Shown: positions 36,996 to 46,529, counted from the stretch's first letter. The stretch is 48,943 nt of DNA from a virus (IMGVR_UViG_3300033067_002072:1-48943), one strand, 5' to 3'. Notes: a model not told the origin generated them from the letters alone. Program-made: numbers and translations.

Positions 36996-37579
36996 TTCTA
37001 GCCCAAATACAAAAGTATGATAGACTCATTAAGAAAGTCGCCAAGCAAACCATTCAAAAATACAAATCCTCTATCTTAGATGAAGAAGATTTATACGCCG
37101 AAGGTTGTTTAGTCTTAGATAAAATTCTGTCAAGTTATAAGGAAGAAAAGGGTTCAAAGGTTAATTACATTATTCATTGCTTACGAAATGAATTTTCTGA
37201 ATTAATAAATAAGCACACTAATAATGTAGCCCTTTCGAAACGTGGAGTCTACTTACTTACTCAATATAGGCTCTTATGTAAAACTAAAAATATTGAAGAT
37301 ATTGCTAAAGAATTGGGCACAACAGAGGGGTACTTAAGAAAACTAATAGGTTTATCGAGTAGAAAAGATCTTGCCCAAGCATATAAAATAGAGAATCTTG
37401 ATTATAATATAGATAAAACCACATTTTTATCAAAAAATGATGAATTTCTCCTGAATTTTTACTTAGGCGGTCATACAATTAAAGAAATCGCTAAAAGATT
37501 AGGGCGATCTGATGAATCAACTCGATTAGAATTAAAGAAGATTTTCAACAAATTGAAGATCTATTGGAAAGAAGTATGA
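36992..37579 (+). CDS. sigma-70 family RNA polymerase sigma factor
   Basis: Region 2 LIKKVA...EEDLYAEG...Y.EEKG; two HTHs (EDIAKELG, TIKEIAKRLGRS). Confidence 0.8.
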   Translation: MILAQIQKYDRLIKKVAKQTIQKYKSSILDEEDLYAEGCLVLDKILSSYKEEKGSKVNYIIHCLRNEFSELINKHTNNVALSKRGVYLLTQYRLLCKTKNIEDIAKELGTTEGYLRKLIGLSSRKDLAQAYKIENLDYNIDKTTFLSKNDEFLLNFYLGGHTIKEIAKRLGRSDESTRLELKKIFNKLKIYWKEV

Positions 37580-39231
37580 GTAAGAAACGTATCCTTTTTG
37601 TAAACGAGTTTTCCGAACTTTCTACTGGTTTTGCTACTTATGGCCATTATGTAATTCCCGAATTATATAAGACGGGCAAATATGAAATTGCTGAGATCGG
37701 TGTTTACGCCAGCAAAGCCCATCCCAAAATTGGCAATGTCCCTTGGAAAGTATATCCTAATGAACCCGATCCAAACAATGTTGAAGAACAAAAGATATAT
37801 GCTCAAAATAAAATTAATCAATTTGGTCTATGGAGATTTAATGAGGCAGCACTTGATTTTAAGCCCGATTTTACGATCTCAATTTCTGACATTTGGATGA
37901 ATGAATGGATTCATCAAACACCCTATCGTAATAATTTTAAACATCTTCAAATGGTTACTTGTGATGGTGAACCTCAAAAAGATGAGTGGTTACGCAGTTA
38001 CAAGAACAACGATGTTTTATTAACGTATTCCTATTGGGCTAAAAATTTAATAGAAAGAGTAAGTAATGGGCGAACAAAAGTACGAGATGTTGCTTCGCCG
38101 GGCACCGATATCAATATTTTTAAACCTAAAGATAAGCAAAAACTGCGGGAGCAATTTGGTGTTAAAGGGGATGTGTTTATCATACAAACGGTGATGCGGA
38201 ATCAGCCCCGTAAACTCTTCCCCGAACTTATGAAGGCGTTTAACGCCTTTTTGGAACTCTGCCGTGCTAACGGTCGTGACGATATCGCCCAAAAAACTTA
38301 TCTTCACCTTCATACGACGAATCCTGATATGGGTTGGGACTTACCCAAGGAAATCCGCAATCACGGATTGGGTCACAAGGTAATTTTTACCTATATGTGT
38401 GACGCTTGTAAAACGTTCTATCCTTCATTCTATCAAGGTGATCGTACTATTTGTCGTCATTGCCATCAATCAAGCCTCCGGCTCCCAAATACAGCCATTG
38501 GCCTAGAACGAGAACAACTGGCTGATATTATGGCAATGCCTGATTTGTATGTCCAATTTTCGACTTGTGAGGGTTGGGGCATGTGCGGTAATGATGCTAA
38601 AGCTTGCGGTGTTCCTACGGCACAAGTAGATTATTCTGGTATGTCAGAACAGGCTCATGCACCCGGCGGCTTACCGATTCCTGTTGCTAAGTTTAATCAA
38701 GAATGTATTACGCAAACCAATCAATTAAGGGCGATTCCAGATAATGAGGCTACAACCCAATTGTTCTACAAATTCTTTACGGCTACGCCGGAATATCGTG
38801 ATAAATTAGGTAAAGAAGCAAGAGATTGGGTAGTAAAACAGTATGCTTGGCCCAATATTGCAAAAATCTGGGAAAATATTATAGATGAGACTCCTATCTT
38901 AGACCGTCGTCAGACTTGGGATGCCCCACCCTATATTATTAAAAATTTGGCTTTGCCCAATCAACAATTATCCAATGCGGACTTTGTCCGCTGGGCATTA
39001 GTGGATGTTCTTCGCAAACCTCGTATGTTCCACGATGTTGGGGGACGATTCGCTCAGATATTAGATCAAGGTTTTGAACCTCAGCAATTAGAAGATGGGC
39101 GAATGATGCATAAGCCATACAATCGAGAGAACTTCGTTCAATTTATAGTAGGACAGATTAATCAGAATAATATGCTAGAATCTATGAGATGTGGGCTAAC
39201 ACAGTCAGCCTCCAAGGTGGTGAAGATCTAA
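37576..39231 (+). CDS. GT-B (GT4-like) glycosyltransferase with CxxC-CxxC insert
   Basis: TGFATY, MRNQPRK, EGWGM...AKACGVP; CDAC...CRHC. Confidence 0.85.
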   Translation: MSKKRILFVNEFSELSTGFATYGHYVIPELYKTGKYEIAEIGVYASKAHPKIGNVPWKVYPNEPDPNNVEEQKIYAQNKINQFGLWRFNEAALDFKPDFTISISDIWMNEWIHQTPYRNNFKHLQMVTCDGEPQKDEWLRSYKNNDVLLTYSYWAKNLIERVSNGRTKVRDVASPGTDINIFKPKDKQKLREQFGVKGDVFIIQTVMRNQPRKLFPELMKAFNAFLELCRANGRDDIAQKTYLHLHTTNPDMGWDLPKEIRNHGLGHKVIFTYMCDACKTFYPSFYQGDRTICRHCHQSSLRLPNTAIGLEREQLADIMAMPDLYVQFSTCEGWGMCGNDAKACGVPTAQVDYSGMSEQAHAPGGLPIPVAKFNQECITQTNQLRAIPDNEATTQLFYKFFTATPEYRDKLGKEARDWVVKQYAWPNIAKIWENIIDETPILDRRQTWDAPPYIIKNLALPNQQLSNADFVRWALVDVLRKPRMFHDVGGRFAQILDQGFEPQQLEDGRMMHKPYNRENFVQFIVGQINQNNMLESMRCGLTQSASKVVKI

Positions 39232-39428
39232 TGGGTGAAACAAAATTAAAGCATTTAGGACGTTTTAAAACCGACAGTATACCTAAAGACATTTATTACG
39301 ACGTAGACAAAAATGAAATATTACTGACTCATTGGAACTATATAAATCCAAGTTGGGAAAGTACCATTATTATTTCTAAAGATTTAGTATTGAAATTGGC
39401 TAAAATGATTGAGAGTAAAGAAATATGA
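39231..39428 (+). CDS. hypothetical protein
   Basis: TAATG coupling. Confidence 0.55.
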   Translation: MGETKLKHLGRFKTDSIPKDIYYDVDKNEILLTHWNYINPSWESTIIISKDLVLKLAKMIESKEI

Positions 39429-39694
39429 GTCTAACGACTAAAAAAGATAAAATTGTAAAAATTGCTCAAACAGAATATAGTAAATTACAGGATTTGTTAG
39501 GTATAGCAAGCAGCAGTAGGAAAATTTCAAAGAAATATTTTTATTGGTGGATAGGTGATATTCAAAGTTTAATGGAATTATATGTTTTAGTATTTAATGA
39601 AGAATGGTATAAAGCTTATAAATTTTCTAGGAATTTAGATTCTGATTGTAGGGAAAAAATTAATCGACAGGTTCATAATTTTCTAGAAAGTTAA
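39425..39694 (+). CDS. hypothetical protein (paralog of 34609-34980)
   Basis: WYKAYKFSRNLDSDCREKI. Confidence 0.6.
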   Translation: MSLTTKKDKIVKIAQTEYSKLQDLLGIASSSRKISKKYFYWWIGDIQSLMELYVLVFNEEWYKAYKFSRNLDSDCREKINRQVHNFLES

Positions 39695-39725
39695 ATATAT
39701 GAATAACATGATGACACCGGATTAA

Positions 39726-39734
39726 GTGTATAAA
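39726..39734 (+). promoter_or_regulatory. GTGTATA phage promoter-like motif
   Basis: Intergenic; 14 nt before SD-less ATG 39740. Confidence 0.6.
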
Positions 39735-39739
39735 ATGTA

Positions 39740-40573
39740 ATGAACAAAACAAAATGGCCGGAAAAAAAAATTTGCGATAGATATCTCAGGGGAGAAGGCA
39801 GTACAACAATTGCTCGTTCGTTAAATACTACCGATGGAACAATATGTAATATCTTGAGACGCAATAAAATAACAATGAGAAAAAGAGGAGAGTCTAACAG
39901 ACTTTATTCCTTAAATGAAAATGCTTTTTCTAAAATTACAGATGAATCAGCTTATTGGGCTGGTTTTCTTATGGCGGATGGGAATATTAGATATAAAGGA
40001 CGCAATCAATATGTTCTTAGTTTAGAAATTGCTTATAAAGATATTGAACATTTAAAACGTTTTCAAAAGTTTTTAAATACTAATAAACCTATTTATGAAA
40101 GAAAGCGTATTATTTGTAATGGTACACAAATACATGTTGTTTCTTTGCAAATTTGTTCAGAAAAAATATATAAAGATTTAATCAGTAATTTTAATGTAAC
40201 AGAAAATAAAAGTTTTAATGCGAAGGCTAATAATATATTAGTTTATAATCGGCACTTTTGGAGAGGAATGATAGATGGGGACGGATGTGTTTGTAACAAA
40301 AAAGGTGGAAAAAATGGTTATTTTAATATTCATTTAATAGGTTCTTTAGATATTTGCAAACAATTTAAAAAATATTTAAAAACAACGGTGGAAATTAAAA
40401 GTAATATTTGTAAAAAAGGCAAAATTTTTTCCATGCACGCTAATGGTCAATACGGAATAAAACTTGGTGAAATTTTGTATAAAGACACGAGTTTATATTT
40501 AGAAAGAAAATACGTTAAATGGTTATCTCGATATGAACAATCCCAAAATAACATACGTCGGTCCATTCTATGA
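39740..40573 (+). CDS. free-standing LAGLIDADG homing endonuclease with N-terminal HTH
   Basis: AYWAGFLMADG, FWRGMIDGDG, YLERKY. Confidence 0.88.
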   Translation: MNKTKWPEKKICDRYLRGEGSTTIARSLNTTDGTICNILRRNKITMRKRGESNRLYSLNENAFSKITDESAYWAGFLMADGNIRYKGRNQYVLSLEIAYKDIEHLKRFQKFLNTNKPIYERKRIICNGTQIHVVSLQICSEKIYKDLISNFNVTENKSFNAKANNILVYNRHFWRGMIDGDGCVCNKKGGKNGYFNIHLIGSLDICKQFKKYLKTTVEIKSNICKKGKIFSMHANGQYGIKLGEILYKDTSLYLERKYVKWLSRYEQSQNNIRRSIL

Positions 40574-41639
40574 TTCTACAGGTTACTGTGATGCTGCTAG
40601 TAAAACTGCATTATGTATCCAAAAAGCTGGATACGCTATACAAGCAAAAACAGTAAAACTTACTGGGCAAAGAGTAGATGCTTATCCAGACATACAGAAA
40701 TTGGAACTTGTCAGGCATAAACCTGACGTAGTCATCCAAAACTACCTTCCACCCTTAATGGTTTACCATGCTGGGGCAAAGAATATTGGTTATTTCTTTT
40801 GTGAAACTTCTCATTTCCGCCCTTCGAATTGGCAATATAACCTTAATTTAATGGATGAAGTTTGGGTTTGCTGTGATCAAAACATAGAGGCGGCTCAGCG
40901 TTCGGGAGTGACTAAACCTATTAAGAAGGTGCCCATTCCTTATGTAAATCCTTATTCATCGGTTGTAGACCGTATGGATTTTGGATTTCCAGAGGAAACT
41001 TTTGTATTCTTTAATGTCGGAGACTTTTCCTATCGTAAGAATATTATGGGGCTTGTTGAAGCATATTTTCTATCTTTCACCAAGTATGATAAGGTTGCCC
41101 TTATTCTAAAGTGCTACTGCGATGGTCAGCCTACGGCAAAATCCGTGGAGATAATTAAACATGAGATTAATAATCTTAAACGCCAATTAAAGAAACATAA
41201 TGTAGATATTTATCCTCCTGTTTATCTTGTTGCCGAATACTTAGACGAAGTAGAACTTCAGAAATTTCACAATGCCGGAGATTGTTTTATTTCTTTAGAA
41301 CGCGGAGCGGCATGGAATCTCCCTTGCTATCAAGCAATGGGTGAGGGCAAGCCTGTTATAGTGGCAGGGGGTGGTGGGCAAACAGAATACCTTATGGGTG
41401 AAAAGGAAGGGGTAACACTATTAGATGGGGAAGTCGAATTTGTTAAGAATATGGCCCAGTGCCCCTATCCCGGTTTATATACTTGCCATGAGAAATGGTT
41501 TAATCCTTCAATTCAACATGCAGTATTTGCAATGCAAAATGCGTACCGCACAGGTAAGATTCGGTATAACCGGACAACTTGGTTGTCCAAATGGGATTTA
41601 GCGGGCTGTGCCGCCAAATTCAAGGAGGTTTTAGGTTGA
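40533..41639 (+). CDS. GT-B (GT4-like) glycosyltransferase
   Basis: DSTGY, DEVWV, RKN, DCFISLERGAAWNLPCYQAMGEGKPVI. Confidence 0.85.
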   Translation: MNNPKITYVGPFYDSTGYCDAASKTALCIQKAGYAIQAKTVKLTGQRVDAYPDIQKLELVRHKPDVVIQNYLPPLMVYHAGAKNIGYFFCETSHFRPSNWQYNLNLMDEVWVCCDQNIEAAQRSGVTKPIKKVPIPYVNPYSSVVDRMDFGFPEETFVFFNVGDFSYRKNIMGLVEAYFLSFTKYDKVALILKCYCDGQPTAKSVEIIKHEINNLKRQLKKHNVDIYPPVYLVAEYLDEVELQKFHNAGDCFISLERGAAWNLPCYQAMGEGKPVIVAGGGGQTEYLMGEKEGVTLLDGEVEFVKNMAQCPYPGLYTCHEKWFNPSIQHAVFAMQNAYRTGKIRYNRTTWLSKWDLAGCAAKFKEVLG

Positions 41640-42091
41640 TTATTCCTATAATTACTAAAACCGGCTACAAAGGTGATTTAATTATTGATGATGAAGATTG
41701 GGATAAGATCAAACATTTTAAATTAAGCACAAATAAAGGTTATGCTAGAGGTTATACTAAACAAAAAACATATTTTATACATAGAATTGTTTTAAATGCT
41801 CCTAAAAATATGCAAGTTGATCACATCAATAATAATAGATTAGATAATAAAAAATCAAATTTACGTTTAGTTAATAATAAACAAAATAATGAAAATAGAA
41901 AAGGTGCTTATAGCACTAGTAAAACTGGTATTAGAGGAGTTTGTTGGTATAAAAGCCATAAAAAATGGCGAGCAGTAATCATGTCTAATTATAAACAAGT
42001 ATACAATAAACTATTTGATTCTCAAGAAGAAGCAGTTATTGCTGTGGTGAACAAAAGAAAAGAATTGGGGTTTTTAGATGCTAACTCGTGA
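41636..42091 (+). CDS. HNH homing endonuclease with AP2 domain
   Basis: IHRIVL...VDHINNNRLDNKKSNLR; SKTGIRGV.W....KKWRA; TTG start, SD AAGGAGG. Confidence 0.9.
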   Translation: MIIPIITKTGYKGDLIIDDEDWDKIKHFKLSTNKGYARGYTKQKTYFIHRIVLNAPKNMQVDHINNNRLDNKKSNLRLVNNKQNNENRKGAYSTSKTGIRGVCWYKSHKKWRAVIMSNYKQVYNKLFDSQEEAVIAVVNKRKELGFLDANS

Positions 42092-43079
42092 ATTATCGGT
42101 AATGCGTAGATTGTTAGAAAAACCTAATAGAAAGTTAAATATACTAACCTCAGCAATTCATGAGGGTTTTTCAGGCATGTTAGCTCATGTTCCACACAAT
42201 TTTTACATGTTAGCAGGAGCAATCCAAGGTGGACCCCCATTCAAAAAGTGGGATTATCATACACGCCCCATGCCTGCTAACCACTACATGTTTAATATTC
42301 CCGCCGAACATACAAAGGCGGATATAGAATTTGATCTTGTTTTATGCCAAAACAGGTCCATGTATTATCCCTTTTTTAACGCCGTTGCAGAAAAACTAAA
42401 TCTTCCCCTAATCGTTTTAGACCATACAGAACCGCCGCCGGGGGTCAGTCAGCAACAGTTAGATGGGATTAAACAATGGATTGGGCATACTAACGTCTAC
42501 ATTACCGAACACAATAGAGCGACTTGGGGAAATCCTAACGGCATCATAATTCCTCATGGAATTGACACCGAAGTCTTTAAGGGATATACAGGTGCTCTCC
42601 CAAGGGGCGTAACAATGGTCAATCAATTCCCAAGCCGCGATGTGTTCTGCGGGTGGGGTCTATATCAGAGCCTCTTAAAACAAATCCAATGCGATCTGGT
42701 TGGGGATAATCCGGGCCTCTCAAAATCTATTAAAGATCCCGTGGCGATAGCCAGTACTTTAGGACAATATAGATATTACCTTAATACTTCCCAACTTAGC
42801 CCAGTCCCCCTATCGGTCCTAGAAGCAATGGCGATTGGCCTTCCTATAGTCACTACGGCTAAGCAGGAATTACCTAAGATTATTAAAAATGGTTATAATG
42901 GGTACATTAGTAATGATCCAGAGGAACTTGTTAAGGCTTGTCAGAAATTAGTAGCAGAACCAGAATTAGCAAAAGAATTAGGGGCGAATGCCCGTAAAAC
43001 AATAGAAGAGAAGTTCTCTTTACAGAACTTCGTGGAAAATTGGAATAATGTGTTCTATAATACCTTGGAGAAAATATGA
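42078..43079 (+). CDS. GT4 glycosyltransferase
   Basis: IPHGID, PLSVLEAMAIGLPIVTT, IIKNGYNG, LGANARK. Confidence 0.9.
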   Translation: MLTRELSVMRRLLEKPNRKLNILTSAIHEGFSGMLAHVPHNFYMLAGAIQGGPPFKKWDYHTRPMPANHYMFNIPAEHTKADIEFDLVLCQNRSMYYPFFNAVAEKLNLPLIVLDHTEPPPGVSQQQLDGIKQWIGHTNVYITEHNRATWGNPNGIIIPHGIDTEVFKGYTGALPRGVTMVNQFPSRDVFCGWGLYQSLLKQIQCDLVGDNPGLSKSIKDPVAIASTLGQYRYYLNTSQLSPVPLSVLEAMAIGLPIVTTAKQELPKIIKNGYNGYISNDPEELVKACQKLVAEPELAKELGANARKTIEEKFSLQNFVENWNNVFYNTLEKI

Positions 43080-43531
43080 AATTAAACTTTCAGTGCGGGC
43101 AGGACTTTATAACTGGATGGAAAAACTATGACATGAATCCAGTGAATGCTGAAATTCAGCAATTTGATTTTAGAAACTTTCAACAATTAGGAATAAAGGA
43201 TAATACAGTCGAGGAAATCAGACTTAATACTTCCCTAGAACTCGTCCACTTTTCCCAAATAGGGAACTTGTTCACTCAATTTTATAACGCCCTACAGGTC
43301 GGAGGTAGTCTATACCTCCAAGGTATTCATGCCGAACAACTTGCCAATACCTTAGCCTATGGCAATATATCTATTGAGGAATTTAATCAAGTAGTTTATG
43401 GGCATCCCAAGTTACCCCACCGATCCCTATATACATTGAACCTAACAGAAAATATTATGGGGCAGATAGGGTTTAAGATTAAGCAAAAGGGGATTATAGG
43501 ACAAGCCTTCTATATAAGGATTACGAAGTGA
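43076..43531 (+). CDS. degenerate methyltransferase-fold protein
   Basis: MKLNFQCG...GWKNYD...LELV...LQVGG echoes the KLNLGCG...LEH...LKPGG pattern. Confidence 0.6.
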   Translation: MKLNFQCGQDFITGWKNYDMNPVNAEIQQFDFRNFQQLGIKDNTVEEIRLNTSLELVHFSQIGNLFTQFYNALQVGGSLYLQGIHAEQLANTLAYGNISIEEFNQVVYGHPKLPHRSLYTLNLTENIMGQIGFKIKQKGIIGQAFYIRITK

Positions 43532-44229
43532 TTACGTCGGTAATAACAAATTTTAATCAGGGTAAGTTTATTGAATCTGCACTTAATAGTTTACTTGGGC
43601 AAATAATGTTGCCTTCTGAGATTATAGTTGTCGATGATAAATCGACAGATAACTCAGTAGAATTAATAGAAAAATGTATAGGAAAATATACGGGGCCGAT
43701 CCCTATTCACTTTGTGAAAAGGGAAACAAATGGTAAGCCGGGCGGGGCGAGGAACTCTGCCATTAAAATCGCTAAGGGCGATATTATTACCTTTCTTGAT
43801 ATTGATGATTACTACTACAAAGATAAGATTCAAAAATCAGTTGAGGTTCTGGAAAAGAACCCTGAAGTAGGATTAGTTTATTCCGACTATGACAAGATGG
43901 ATCTTCGATCGGGTAAAACGATGCGGGAATTTAAGCACCCCTATGATTTTGCCCTTCTTTGGCAAACTTGTATTGTGAGTACTAATTCCGTAATAAGGGC
44001 AGAAGTATTTAAAGAAGGTGTGGTCGGCCTATTTAATGAAAAATACCTAGTGGCTGAGGACTATGAAATGTGGCTTCGTATCGCTCGTAAATATATCCTT
44101 TGGCACATCCCCGAACCCCTATTTATGTACCGCTTACACGGTGAGAACCTAACTATTAAGTACGGATATACAATGAATAAAGTAGTAGAAGAAATTAAAA
44201 GGAACTATATTAATGAGCATTCAACTTAA
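43528..44229 (+). CDS. GT2 glycosyltransferase
   Basis: EIIVVDDKSTD, ARN, FLDIDD, EDYEMWLR. Confidence 0.92.
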   Translation: MITSVITNFNQGKFIESALNSLLGQIMLPSEIIVVDDKSTDNSVELIEKCIGKYTGPIPIHFVKRETNGKPGGARNSAIKIAKGDIITFLDIDDYYYKDKIQKSVEVLEKNPEVGLVYSDYDKMDLRSGKTMREFKHPYDFALLWQTCIVSTNSVIRAEVFKEGVVGLFNEKYLVAEDYEMWLRIARKYILWHIPEPLFMYRLHGENLTIKYGYTMNKVVEEIKRNYINEHST

Positions 44230-44758
44230 TAGTGCGGCAGCCAAAGCCGCCAAACAATCTATTGTTCCTCTCTATAAATCGCCCTTTCAATTTGGCATTT
44301 TCCTTAGTAAATTCAATCAGACCCAGATGGCCTTCGGCCTTTTGAAGAATTTAAACGAATTTTTTGGAAAACCCCAAAATATCGACATATACTTATATAC
44401 GCTCGAACATTCTTTGCCCATAATTGTACCTCCCACAAGTTTATTTCAACGTCCTCATTTGGACAATCACGAGGGGTATTTAGTAGTTACCGATTATGCT
44501 ACATGGCAACAGGCCATAAGAATTGATGGGGCAAAGGTTTTATTCTATGTTTACGATCTCATGTATCTCTCGCTCTTACCAGCGAATCTTTTAGAAGAGA
44601 TTCGGGTCGCTGGGACGGTATGTTTCTCTCATACAACCGCTCATAATAATATTTTAGAGAAGATGTTTAGATTTAAAGTACCAAATAAGGTATGTCACAC
44701 GTTTAACATTGAACAATTAATAGGAGTAGTACGTGAGCAAGACGCCAGAAGTAACTGA
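44213..44758 (+). CDS. hypothetical protein, possible single GT-B Rossmann domain
   Basis: LVVTD...KVLFYVYDL; end of GT cluster. Confidence 0.5.
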   Translation: MSIQLNSAAAKAAKQSIVPLYKSPFQFGIFLSKFNQTQMAFGLLKNLNEFFGKPQNIDIYLYTLEHSLPIIVPPTSLFQRPHLDNHEGYLVVTDYATWQQAIRIDGAKVLFYVYDLMYLSLLPANLLEEIRVAGTVCFSHTTAHNNILEKMFRFKVPNKVCHTFNIEQLIGVVREQDARSN

Positions 44759-45422
44759 AAGTTTAACACATCGTAGATTTAATGATCCCGCATGGACTGA
44801 TTGGGTTTTAGATCAATTGTGGGATAATGAGTTTGTTGTCAAAGAGGATGGTAAACGTTATCCAAAGGCCGATGGATTACGTCGAGTTTTTCATAATGTA
44901 GTTGGTCCCATTATTTCGATGACTAGAAGTGTAGCACAGGCACCCGCCGCTAGTATGGAAAATGATTATTCGGGCATGGCAACAATTAGAGTATCTTTAA
45001 CATATAAATTGAACGATTTGCCTGATCAAATTTGTGTGTATGACGAAGTGGCCGATTGTTACGATGGTAATACGATTCGCCCCTACTCATTACATCCGTC
45101 TGCGACAGCATCTACAATGGCCGAGGGTCGTGCTTTACGAAAGATTATGAATCTAAAGGTTCTTACGATTGAAGAAATGTCTGCTCCCCCCGGAGCAAAT
45201 AAGCAGAGAGATTCGGTTCCTCCAATGAAGGAACATCAAAAGAATACTATAAAGACAATTTGTAAAAATATAGAAATTGATCCTGTCAAAGCAGTTAAAT
45301 ATATCGTAGGTAAAGATGTGAAAGATCTTAATATTGAAGATGGTGCCCAAATCATTGGGGCACTTAGTGATTGGCAGATTAGTAAAAATGGGAAGTTTAA
45401 TATCCCAGCAGATTTCAAATAA
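44733..45422 (+). CDS. putative Rad52/Sak-like single-strand annealing protein
   Basis: YPKADGLRR...beta meander...ATASTMAEGRALRKIMNL..EEM; GTG start, SD AGGAG. Confidence 0.6.
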   Translation: MSKTPEVTESLTHRRFNDPAWTDWVLDQLWDNEFVVKEDGKRYPKADGLRRVFHNVVGPIISMTRSVAQAPAASMENDYSGMATIRVSLTYKLNDLPDQICVYDEVADCYDGNTIRPYSLHPSATASTMAEGRALRKIMNLKVLTIEEMSAPPGANKQRDSVPPMKEHQKNTIKTICKNIEIDPVKAVKYIVGKDVKDLNIEDGAQIIGALSDWQISKNGKFNIPADFK

Positions 45423-45431
45423 GGAGTTGAT

Positions 45432-45914
45432 ATGGCAAGTAAGTTAAGTTATTCAGTTTGGCGTCCAAATAAGTCTGGTAATGGTTTTGCGGCAACCTTT
45501 GATTACAGTGATAAGAATCGCTGCTGGTTTGCTGCCGTTGCCCCTCAAAGCGGCGATGGTGAGCGTAGTTTTGATTTTAGTAAGAAGATTACCGCAAAAC
45601 TGGGTTTAAGCGATATCGGGGCAATGCTTAGTGTTCTTTTAGGTCGAACCCAAACGGTAGGGGAAAAGGGTTTATTCCATACCTCTAACAAGGATTCGAA
45701 GGATAGTACCATCATTAATTTGCAGGCGAATGAAAATGGTGGCTTCGCCTTTAGTTTAAGTCAGAAGAAGGGCACCGTTTCTTCAAGAGGAGGAGTGAAT
45801 CTCTTCCTAGGAGATGCTGTTATTCTTGCTGAATTGTTCCGACAAACTGTTGTGCCTATGTGTACGGAAGAGTACACACCGGGAGGAACGGGAAATAATA
45901 AACAAAGTGATTAA
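45432..45914 (+). CDS. Whirly-like single-stranded DNA-binding protein
   Basis: VAPQSGDGERSFDFSKKITAKLGLSDIG...LFH...GFAFSLS...DAVIL parallels Whirly FAP...RQYDWSRKQVFSLSVTEIG...FFH...GHFFNLS...EFAVL. Confidence 0.7.
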   Translation: MASKLSYSVWRPNKSGNGFAATFDYSDKNRCWFAAVAPQSGDGERSFDFSKKITAKLGLSDIGAMLSVLLGRTQTVGEKGLFHTSNKDSKDSTIINLQANENGGFAFSLSQKKGTVSSRGGVNLFLGDAVILAELFRQTVVPMCTEEYTPGGTGNNKQSD

Positions 45915-45947
45915 AATAAAGGGGCCAAACGGCCCCTTATTTATTTT
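45913..45947. terminator. bidirectional rho-independent terminator between convergent modules
   Basis: A-tract, AAGGGGCC-AAAC-GGCCCCTT, T-tract. Confidence 0.88.
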
Positions 45948-46512
45948 GGGGTCTTACTACGGCAATCCATCCAGTTATATTATGGCCGCTATCAAACGTT
46001 GGTTGAGCCTCAACATTGATTTCCACAACTCCCCCGTTGGAGTGGAGCCAACCGTAGGAACAGATAAAGTTTCGTTTTTCCTTAACGGCTGTGTCCCATT
46101 CTGCAATAACTCGTTCTCTATCTTCGTGGGCGACAACATTAACCCAGTTTCTTCCGAGGAAATCTTCGGATGATCTATTGAGTAATTGGCAAGCGGCTGA
46201 ATTGACATAAATACATTCACCTTCTACGTTACTTTGCCATTCCGCAATTTCTAACGCCGCAATTAAACTTTTGCTGCGTGCTTCTGCTTTGGCAAGTCTA
46301 TAATCTATATTCACTATTTTATCATAAAGACTCTTTCCGCCGTTAGGACCAAGTAAATATAATATTTGTTCAATCTTGTTGATATTGTTAAGTACTTTAG
46401 TTAAAGGTTTGATGACTTTAGATTTAAAGAATAAAACAACAGGTACAAGTGCTAAAATGCCCGTACCAATCTTTACGATTAAATCAAAGTTGCTTATAAG
46501 TATATCTAGCAT
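45937..46512 (-). CDS. membrane protein: N-terminal TM + NGGxSLxD coiled coil + PAS domain
   Basis: IGTGILALVPVVLFF; PNGGKSLYDKI; GECIYVNSAACQLLNRSSEDFLGRNWVNVVAHEDRERV PAS signature. Confidence 0.85.
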   Translation of the reverse strand: MLDILISNFDLIVKIGTGILALVPVVLFFKSKVIKPLTKVLNNINKIEQILYLLGPNGGKSLYDKIVNIDYRLAKAEARSKSLIAALEIAEWQSNVEGECIYVNSAACQLLNRSSEDFLGRNWVNVVAHEDRERVIAEWDTAVKEKRNFICSYGWLHSNGGVVEINVEAQPTFDSGHNITGWIAVVRPQNK

Positions 46513-46529
46513 AATTACGCACCACAGTA

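Noticed and set aside
45814-46173. Plus-strand 119-aa ORF
   Set aside because: Crosses the terminator and is antisense to the PAS gene.
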